Part shown: piece by piece, positions 7,902-13,988 of the stretch | Position numbering within the stretch: the first letter of the stretch is position 1 | How the letters are laid out: each line of letters starts with the position of its first letter | From: Candidatus Thorarchaeota archaeon | Lineage (GTDB): Archaea > Asgardarchaeota > Thorarchaeia > Thorarchaeales > Thorarchaeaceae | Assembly (NCBI GenBank): GCA_038893995.1 | Contig: JAWAQK010000049.1 | Coordinates: 1 to 13,988 of the forward strand | Direction of reading: 5' to 3' | Length of the DNA stretch: 13,988 bases | Translations under genes and position numbers: made by a program | Notes under the pieces: model-generated | Seen by the model: the letters and a program-made list of their open reading frames with translations, nothing else | The model's database searches: none | What the model was told of the DNA's origin: nothing

Positions 7902-9269
7902 TCAACCGGAACCATCGGCCCGCACCAATGGCCTGGTCGGACCTCTCGTTTCGGGTACATATCGACGGACTGCCTCAGTACCTATCAGACCGATGCCACC
8001 TGCCAGCCAGAATGGTACTACCACGCCATCAATCTGAAGCGGACCAATACCGAATATGACCAGTGAGAACACGGAGTAGACGAATCCGCCTACTAGTGGT
8101 CCAAGTGTGGCCCCCAGATTGAAGAATGCTTGGAGTGTGCCGAAGAGCTTTCCTCTGAGTTTCCATGGTACGATGTCTGCTTGGAGTGCCATCATCGCAG
8201 GCTGCGACATGGAAATGGTTGCACTCTGGAGTACCCAGATCGTACTGACATAAGTCAAGTCTCTTGCGAGGGGCATTACCATGAGAGAACCCCTGGCGCA
8301 CGCGCCTCCCCAGACCGCAATACCCTTCCTCCCGTACCTGTCAGACAGTCTACCAGCGGGGATAGTCAATGCTACACCAACCGCACCAGCACCCGAGATG
8401 AGCAATCCAATGAGTCCAATGTCGGTCGTGACTCTACTCATCAAGAAGAGCTGAAATATGGGCTGTCCAAGACCCATGGCCACCCCATTGAGCGCAGCCA
8501 TGAGATAGAGAGCCTGCATCGCTCTGGACCATTCTAGCTTCTGGGGAGGGTCATCAGCTAGCGACTCGATTGAGGGACCTTTAGGAACACCTATCCGGCC
8601 ACGGGGTGCGGTCTCTGGCAATACGAGTGCTGTCAGAAGGACTGCTGGGAGAACAATGGCGGCCCCAATGAAGTATGGAACTCGAAACACATCGGGGACA
8701 GGTAGCAGGAGAACATCCCTGCAGATGTTGTACAGGACCCCTCCAAGTCCCGGCCCCATGACAAAACCAAGATTCGATGCCGCATTGTAGATGCCCAGTC
8801 CCTCGCCTCGCCTCTCAAATCCCACAATATCCATCAGGGAGGCCTCAGCAACTGGCCATACCATAGCAGAGACGACACCCTGGAGAGCGCGGATCAGGAC
8901 TAGCTGAAACCAGTTTTGGGCTATTCCGAAGAGGACGAGCAACAATACATACCCCGACAGACCGACCAAGATCATGGGTCGTCTTCCGTGGATATCAGAT
9001 ACGCCCCCCCAGTATCTTGCAAGGAGAGTCCGAGTGCCCATGAATGCGGCCATCATCAGACCCAGCGTGACTGCGAACTGAGCAGTTGTCTCATCTGGCA
9101 CAACGTAATCCGGGGAGGGGGGTTCGGAGAGAGCACCCTCGAGGGCCAGAAGGTAGAAGGCCATGGAGGGAGCTATGATGCCAAAACCAATCATGACCAG
9201 CATTGCATCGAGTGAGAGGACTAGTACCCTTGGGTTGGTATACAACTTCTCAGATGATGCCGTGGCCAT
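7902..9269 (-). CDS. Major facilitator superfamily transporter (DHA1/TetA-like)
   Basis: About 12 TM segments. Motif A appears in both halves (GGVSDIHGRRP and GRLSDRYGRK), with RALQGV, motif-C-like GFVMGPGLGG, and LPET after TM6. SD-like GTGGTG upstream. Confidence 0.95.
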   Translation of the reverse strand: MATASSEKLYTNPRVLVLSLDAMLVMIGFGIIAPSMAFYLLALEGALSEPPSPDYVVPDETTAQFAVTLGLMMAAFMGTRTLLARYWGGVSDIHGRRPMILVGLSGYVLLLVLFGIAQNWFQLVLIRALQGVVSAMVWPVAEASLMDIVGFERRGEGLGIYNAASNLGFVMGPGLGGVLYNICRDVLLLPVPDVFRVPYFIGAAIVLPAVLLTALVLPETAPRGRIGVPKGPSIESLADDPPQKLEWSRAMQALYLMAALNGVAMGLGQPIFQLFLMSRVTTDIGLIGLLISGAGAVGVALTIPAGRLSDRYGRKGIAVWGGACARGSLMVMPLARDLTYVSTIWVLQSATISMSQPAMMALQADIVPWKLRGKLFGTLQAFFNLGATLGPLVGGFVYSVFSLVIFGIGPLQIDGVVVPFWLAGGIGLIGTEAVRRYVPETRGPTRPLVRADGSG

Positions 9270-9306
9270 TGGGTAGCACCACGAGTGCCTGGGCGCAATC
9301 CATCAC

Positions 9307-9353
9307 CATAAATGGGTACTGATTGTGACTCTTCCTAAAGAGAAGCCTTTATC
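9307..9353. promoter_or_regulatory. Putative divergent promoter pair for MFS (-) and XPB (+)
   Basis: Minus-strand TTTATG at 9312-9307 is 38-43 nt from the MFS ATG. Plus-strand TTTATC at 9348-9353 is preceded by a purine-rich, BRE-like AAAGAGAAG. Confidence 0.45.
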
Positions 9354-9429
9354 ACAACATCTGCGACCAGCTTCCAGCCATTGCAGACTGGAAAAACAGT
9401 GGCAACTATGTGTGTCGAGTGAAGGGATA

Positions 9430-11130
9430 ATGCCCGATCCAAGGAATCCAGTGATAGTGCAGTCAGACAAGTCGATACTGCTCGAGGTTGACAATCCGCT
9501 CTACGAAGAGGCCAGGGACACTCTCGCTCGATTTGCAGAGCTTGTGAAGAGCCCGGAGTATATACATACATACAGGATCACACCCCTTAGCCTCTGGAAT
9601 GCTGCTGCAATGGGTATGAATGCCCAGGAGATAGTGACCGGTCTCGAGAGGTATGCAAAGTATCCGATCCCAAGCAACATCCTCCGCGAGATAGTCGACT
9701 ACATCAGCAGATATGGTAGGCTGACTCTCCGTTCTGAGAACGGACAGCTGGTCCTTCACTGCGACGATGAAGCACTGGCAGATGAGGTGATGTCCAGCAC
9801 TCGGGTGAAGGAGATGCTCCTGGAGAGGATCGGGCCAAAGACTATGAGGGTCCCTCCTGAGAACAGGGGAACACTGAAACAGATCCTGATCGAATTGGGG
9901 CACCCCGTCGAGGACCTCGCTGGTTACATAGAGGGAGAAAGACTATCTTTCGAGATACGAAAGAAGACTCTTTCTGGAGCTGATTTTGACCTAAGACACT
10001 ACCAGAAAGAGGCGGTGGCATCGTTCTATGCAGGGGGAGGTGCAAATGGCGGATCTGGCGTAGTGGTACTGCCATGCGGCGCTGGAAAGACAATGGTGGG
10101 CATAGGAGCGATGTACAATCTTCAGACATCGACGCTCATCCTCTGCCCAAATGTAGTGGCCGTGCGACAGTGGATACGCGAACTGCTCGACAAGACAACA
10201 CTCAGGCCCGAACAGATTGGAGAGTACACGGGCGACATGAAGAGCATACGGCCGGTCACAGTGGCAACCTATCAGATACTCACACATAGGAGGTCGAAGG
10301 ACGGAGAGTACGAGCATTTCCAGTTGTTTGACGCCAGAGCCTGGGGCTTCATAATCTACGACGAGGTTCATCTGCTTCCGGCTCCGGTCTTTAGAAAGAC
10401 AGCCACACTGCAGGCAGTGAGGAGGCTAGGTCTGACAGCCACGCTCGTCAGAGAGGACGGACGCGAAGAAGATGTCTTCACACTGATCGGACCAAAGAAA
10501 TATGATGTGCCCTGGAAGCAGCTCGAGGATCAAGGATGGATAGCAGTGGCCATCTGTTATGAGATAAGGGTTGAACTCCCTGACAGTCTGAAGAGAAAAT
10601 ACGCCATGGCAGAGGACAGGATGAAATATAGGATTGCTGCCGAGAATCCGGTGAAGAAGACAGTTCTGCGGGAGATAGTCCAACGACATAACGGCGACAG
10701 CATTCTCATAATTGGCATGTATCTGGACCAGTTGAAGGAGATCGCAGAAGAACTCGGTGCGCCACTGATCACTGGCAAGACTAGCAATGCCGAGAGACAG
10801 GAACTCTATGACGCATTTCGCAGGGGGGAGTTGACTATCCTCGTGGTCTCTAAGGTCGCCAACTTTGCTCTTGACCTGCCGGATGCAAATGTTGCGATAC
10901 AGGTATCTGGAACATTCGGCTCCAGACAAGAGGAGGCCCAGAGGCTGGGAAGAATACTGCGACCAAAGAGGAACGGGGGTCCTGCACACTTCTACACCAT
11001 CGTCACCAAGGACACTAGAGACATGGACTTTTCAGCCAAGAGACAGCTCTTCCTGACGGAACAGGGATACGAATACGTGATTGCATCGGCTGAAGAGAGG
11101 GCATGGGACAGGATGCCTCTCGTATCGTAG
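9430..11130 (+). CDS. xpb: SF2 DNA helicase XPB/Ssl2/Rad25, long form with N-terminal XPB (Helicase_C_3-type) domain
   Basis: Q motif LRHYQ, Walker A VLPCGAGKT, DEVH, motif III plus RED motif (GLTATLVREDG), DLPDANVAIQ, and motif VI GSRQEEAQRLGRILRPK. Start taken as ATG 9430 (MPDPRNPVIVQSD). The GTG 9325 extension overlaps the promoter region. Confidence 0.95.
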   Translation: MPDPRNPVIVQSDKSILLEVDNPLYEEARDTLARFAELVKSPEYIHTYRITPLSLWNAAAMGMNAQEIVTGLERYAKYPIPSNILREIVDYISRYGRLTLRSENGQLVLHCDDEALADEVMSSTRVKEMLLERIGPKTMRVPPENRGTLKQILIELGHPVEDLAGYIEGERLSFEIRKKTLSGADFDLRHYQKEAVASFYAGGGANGGSGVVVLPCGAGKTMVGIGAMYNLQTSTLILCPNVVAVRQWIRELLDKTTLRPEQIGEYTGDMKSIRPVTVATYQILTHRRSKDGEYEHFQLFDARAWGFIIYDEVHLLPAPVFRKTATLQAVRRLGLTATLVREDGREEDVFTLIGPKKYDVPWKQLEDQGWIAVAICYEIRVELPDSLKRKYAMAEDRMKYRIAAENPVKKTVLREIVQRHNGDSILIIGMYLDQLKEIAEELGAPLITGKTSNAERQELYDAFRRGELTILVVSKVANFALDLPDANVAIQVSGTFGSRQEEAQRLGRILRPKRNGGPAHFYTIVTKDTRDMDFSAKRQLFLTEQGYEYVIASAEERAWDRMPLVS

Positions 11131-11134
11131 TGCA

Positions 11135-11965
11135 TCACTCTGTGTCCGGCGACTCTATCCTGGTGATGCTCTTCGCGATGCTCCTGATCTCATCCAGCGA
11201 GAGGGATTCGATACCATTAGTCCCTACTTCAAACATCACCCACACTGGCTTGTGAGGTGCGCCCTTCACCTTTGTAACTCGGAACTGCTTGATGAGTGCT
11301 CCTGCCTTCTGGAAGGCGGGCTCATGGCGAGTGTCTAAGATAATGTCGCTGGAATATGTGATCATATCGTCGTACGCTGCAAACTGCTGGAGGCCAGTGT
11401 GATATGTTGCCCAGAAGGGAATGGACTGTTCCTTGCAGAAGAGAGCGCGCCATGCCTTGAACGCATTGACGGCCTTGAATGGATGAGACTGAAAGAAGAG
11501 TTCGGTGAGACTGTCTGCGAAGACACCCCCGACCCTTGCAGGATCCATCCTGTTGATGGCCTCCTGGATTGATTTCGTTATGTAGTCTGGATCAGTGGGA
11601 TCCGCCACAAGAGTGGAGTACTCATACGGCGTCTGTCGTTTCAAGACCTGGTTGGAGAAGCAGTCAACGAAATGTATCACACCAGCCTCGAGACTACTTG
11701 CATCAAATCCAATTGACACCATGTTCTCCAGGACACACAGCGGGGTGTCCTCGAAACAGACATAGATGACACGCTTTCCAGACCTCATCATACGGACTGC
11801 AATCTCGTTCAGGATTGCCGATTTTCCGCCTCCACCAGGACCACGTATAACAGCGAAGGCGTTCGTTGGAAACCCTGAAGGGACCACTCGATCGAGTGCA
11901 GATATTCCAGTGGAGTAGCGGTTCATGCTGATCTGAGAGATCTTCTTCAGCAATAGATCGTACAC
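11135..11965 (-). CDS. Single-domain KaiC/RAD55-like RecA-superfamily ATPase (COG0467)
   Basis: STGISALD, Walker A GPGGGGKS, YVCFED, Walker B VFADSLT, SDIILD and VTKVKG. The start is uncertain (GTG 11965, TTG 11953 or ATG 11926). Confidence 0.88.
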   Translation of the reverse strand: MYDLLLKKISQISMNRYSTGISALDRVVPSGFPTNAFAVIRGPGGGGKSAILNEIAVRMMRSGKRVIYVCFEDTPLCVLENMVSIGFDASSLEAGVIHFVDCFSNQVLKRQTPYEYSTLVADPTDPDYITKSIQEAINRMDPARVGGVFADSLTELFFQSHPFKAVNAFKAWRALFCKEQSIPFWATYHTGLQQFAAYDDMITYSSDIILDTRHEPAFQKAGALIKQFRVTKVKGAPHKPVWVMFEVGTNGIESLSLDEIRSIAKSITRIESPDTE

Positions 11966-12358
11966 CTCCGGGCTCGATTCCCGGCGACTTGGAGAGTGCT
12001 GGTACTACCCGTTCATAAGAGTTGCTAGTGCGACAATGTAAGCAACCGATATAGGAAGTAGAGCACCACAATGACCCATGGGGTCAAGAAGGACGCACAG
12101 GATCAATACCAAGAGACATGCGCAAGACGAGACTCCGCTGGACTTGGTCCACTTCGCATGATCATGAACGATCGGTGAACCAATAGCCAGCGGGCGTGAC
12201 CTGACGAACGAGCACTTGGACCACACAGCGGCTGGGGCTCGACATCGCCAGGGCATTGTAAGTTGAGGCGAAGACCCTGCGTCGTCGGGAGATCCACGTC
12301 TGTCCGTAACACCGATCAGACATTGAGGCAGCAGTCGGCCAGGCTATCAGGTCCCACG

Positions 12359-13321
12359 TCAATGTGACTGGAGGATGAGGAGTTTTGATCTGACGTAGTT
12401 CACCATGCGGTCTCGGTTCATGACCTTGGCTATACAGTCATCAAGAAGACCCCGGTCCAACCACGAAAGACGCTCAATCGTCCAGGCTACTGCCGAGACC
12501 AGAGCAAGAGGTATGAGAGAATTCACACGCGAGGCAGTCGACTCGTCATGAACCAGTTCAGGGGGGTACCGCCGGATCATGTCTCCATCCCTCTGAACAA
12601 ACAGATATGCGAGGTCCAGGGACGGGTCTGCCACCATTAGGCTCTCCAGATCAAGCATCATCGGGCCAGAAGTCGTGAACACTATGTTTGATTCCTGTAG
12701 GTCGCCGTGGATGGTCATCATATCCCACTCATTCATCGACTCCAAGTACGACCTCAGGGGACCCACGAGCTCCGACAGACCATGTAGAAGATCGGTCGTG
12801 TCCGGGGACACCCCGTCACTGATAATGACCTCTGGTTCGAGCCTGGAGAGCAGAGCCTCAAGGTACATGGCCGGGCTGCGGAATGCAGGGAGGCCCGGGA
12901 CATGTGTTGAATTCAGGTGGTTGAGCAGTGACGATAGCTGATTCAGCCGGACAGTGCCGAACAGTCTGAGGTCATCGAGTATCATGCCCTCTGCGAAATC
13001 GAGCAAGATAAACGGCGTCTTGTACTCATCATCTAGACGACCGAATGACACGGGACGGGGTGCGATTCCCTCGTCGGACAGTGTCCTGTATGAGCGATAC
13101 TGCAACTCAAAGGGGTTCGTCGAGTAGTGCATCCTCAGACAGGGCATCTTGAGGACCATTCGTCTCCCGTCTACGACGAGCAGAAGATTGATGTTGCTCC
13201 ATCCCCCCAGCGGGTCGGGAGATACATGAACAGATGAGTTGTCACAGCCTAGTTTCTCGGACATCATCTTCTCTATCCGGTCAATCTTCACATGACTGAT
13301 GACTGGACGAGGACCACTCAT
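12359..13321 (-). CDS. Aminoglycoside phosphotransferase / choline-kinase-like phosphotransferase
   Basis: Gly loop LGGWSN, VLKMP (catalytic Lys), Brenner motif HGDLQESN and LDLE...DPSLDLA. Start taken as ATG 13321, with TTTATG 28-33 nt upstream. The ORF track begins at GTG 13372. Confidence 0.85.
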   Translation of the reverse strand: MSGPRPVISHVKIDRIEKMMSEKLGCDNSSVHVSPDPLGGWSNINLLLVVDGRRMVLKMPCLRMHYSTNPFELQYRSYRTLSDEGIAPRPVSFGRLDDEYKTPFILLDFAEGMILDDLRLFGTVRLNQLSSLLNHLNSTHVPGLPAFRSPAMYLEALLSRLEPEVIISDGVSPDTTDLLHGLSELVGPLRSYLESMNEWDMMTIHGDLQESNIVFTTSGPMMLDLESLMVADPSLDLAYLFVQRDGDMIRRYPPELVHDESTASRVNSLIPLALVSAVAWTIERLSWLDRGLLDDCIAKVMNRDRMVNYVRSKLLILQSH

Positions 13322-13348
13322 TTCATTCAATCCAGTAAGACTGATGTT

Positions 13349-13354
13349 CATAAA
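13349..13354 (-). promoter_or_regulatory. Putative TATA box for the phosphotransferase gene (leaderless-like spacing)
   Basis: TTTATG 28-33 nt upstream of ATG 13321. Confidence 0.4.
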
Positions 13355-13375
13355 CACTAGTCCATCGGTCACGTC

Positions 13376-13639
13376 ATGGAAAGTAGAACAATGCTAGTCG
13401 GTCTGTCGCACCTCTTCAAGAGAATTGGGCCGCGCGTACCTATGGAGGATGCTGTATTCTACATGTCCTTTGTATGCAGGATCGGGCCGCCAAGCGAGAT
13501 CAGGGCGATGTTGACCAGTGCAAGTTCGGAGGGGATCATCTCAATCGCAGAAGGAAACGTAAACGCGGAATTCCTCTACGAGAAGCAGTCCCCGAACGTG
13601 AGAACAGTCGCGTGGCCCTCGGTTTCAGCCAGAAGGTAG
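13376..13639 (+). CDS. DUF2240-like small archaeal protein (probable winged-helix)
   Basis: 87 aa. The pattern LFKRIG...AVFYMSFVCRIGPPSEIRAML...EGII...GNVNAEF resembles the N-terminal part of archaeal DUF2240 proteins. It fills the gap between two clear genes. Confidence 0.6.
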   Translation: MESRTMLVGLSHLFKRIGPRVPMEDAVFYMSFVCRIGPPSEIRAMLTSASSEGIISIAEGNVNAEFLYEKQSPNVRTVAWPSVSARR

Positions 13640-13655
13640 GGCGGACACTGGCGAT

Positions 13656-13988
13656 CTACTGAGCAGCGACCCGTTGAATGGTGGCAAGAAGGGCCTCGAT
13701 ATGGATGAACGGATTCCGTCCCTGAGACATCCTGTAGTCAATGTTGGCGGTTCTATCGATGAGTTCCCGGAGATGTTCAGGTGAGAATGGGCGTCTGACG
13801 AGGTCGTAGAGGATCTCCCTCAGGACATCCTGGGGGGAATATCCTTCGATTGCAAGAAGTTTCCTCATCGAGTCTCGTGATTTTCCGAAGGCACCCCTGA
13901 TTGCGTGAGTGACCATTTCTCTGACCTCTCTTGTGAGGTAGCTGTCACTGACCTCGTATACGTCATCCTCGGTTGCTCGACCCGTTGC
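13656..13988 (-). CDS. rfcS: Replication factor C small subunit, C-terminal part (5' truncated by window edge)
   Basis: The frame is open to the window end: ATGRATEDDVYEVSDSYLTREVREMVTHAIRGAFGKSRDSMRKLLAIEGYSPQDVLREI...ANIDYRMSQGRNPFIHIEALLA, matching the RFC collar domain. It could be a paralogous small subunit. Confidence 0.85.
   Translation of the reverse strand, partial: ATGRATEDDVYEVSDSYLTREVREMVTHAIRGAFGKSRDSMRKLLAIEGYSPQDVLREILYDLVRRPFSPEHLRELIDRTANIDYRMSQGRNPFIHIEALLATIQRVAAQ

Noticed and set aside
7736-8066. Plus-strand ORFs of 107 aa and 67 aa
   Set aside because: They run antisense into the MFS 3' end and have no recognisable motifs or convincing start signals.
9325-9429. 35-aa N-terminal extension of XPB in the ORF track
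   Set aside because: It overlaps the putative divergent promoter, and family similarity starts at MPDPRNPVIVQSD (ATG 9430).
11920-11995. Complete tRNA gene (including tRNA-Pyl)
   Set aside because: No acceptor stem, no anticodon stem and no CUA anticodon loop. Only isolated hairpins are present (kept as a low-interest finding).
99-12941. Numerous other alternative-frame or antisense ORFs (e.g. 288-890, 3127-3555, 3893-4459, 9463-9903, 10426-10989)
   Set aside because: They lie largely or wholly within confidently identified genes and have composition typical of off-frame translations.
13322-13372. GTG start of the phosphotransferase only 3 nt from the divergent DUF2240-like start
   Set aside because: It leaves no room for promoters, and a TTTATG box inside this stretch fits ATG 13321.
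1-13988. CRISPR array, tandem repeats, IS/transposase, integrase, intein, rRNA
   Set aside because: No regularly spaced repeats, terminal inverted repeats or corresponding protein motifs were seen. XPB and the visible RFC part are uninterrupted.

Overview
A gene-dense, roughly 53-55% GC (estimated by eye) stretch of core archaeal chromosome with 13 supportable protein-coding genes. I found no rRNA, complete tRNA, CRISPR array or mobile element. Gene order: multi-TM membrane protein resembling the CTL/SLC44/Pns1 choline-transporter-like family (+), M29/AmpS-type aminopeptidase (+), DUF885-like zinc metallopeptidase (-), small membrane-anchored OB-fold-like protein (+), calcineurin-like metallophosphoesterase (-), fold-type III PLP enzyme of the D-serine dehydratase/D-threonine aldolase family (+), small AbrB-like/ACT-like protein (+), DHA1-type MFS transporter (-), XPB/Ssl2/Rad25 helicase with the eukaryote/actinobacterial-type N-terminal domain (+), single-domain KaiC/RAD55 ATPase (-), APH/choline-kinase-like phosphotransferase (-), DUF2240-like protein (+), and the 3' end of the RFC small subunit (-). 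RFC-S, the RAD55-type ATPase, DUF2240 and TATA-like boxes point to an archaeon. An Asgard (Thorarchaeia-like) origin is my inference and is unverified. The most interesting points are the two eukaryote-like genes (CTL-like transporter, long-form XPB with no Bax1 neighbour) and a speculative TGA-interrupted reading frame with a CxxU motif upstream of the AbrB/ACT-like gene. Four unexplained 300-500 nt intergenic gaps are also noted. All family assignments are from motif recognition by eye, not database searches.
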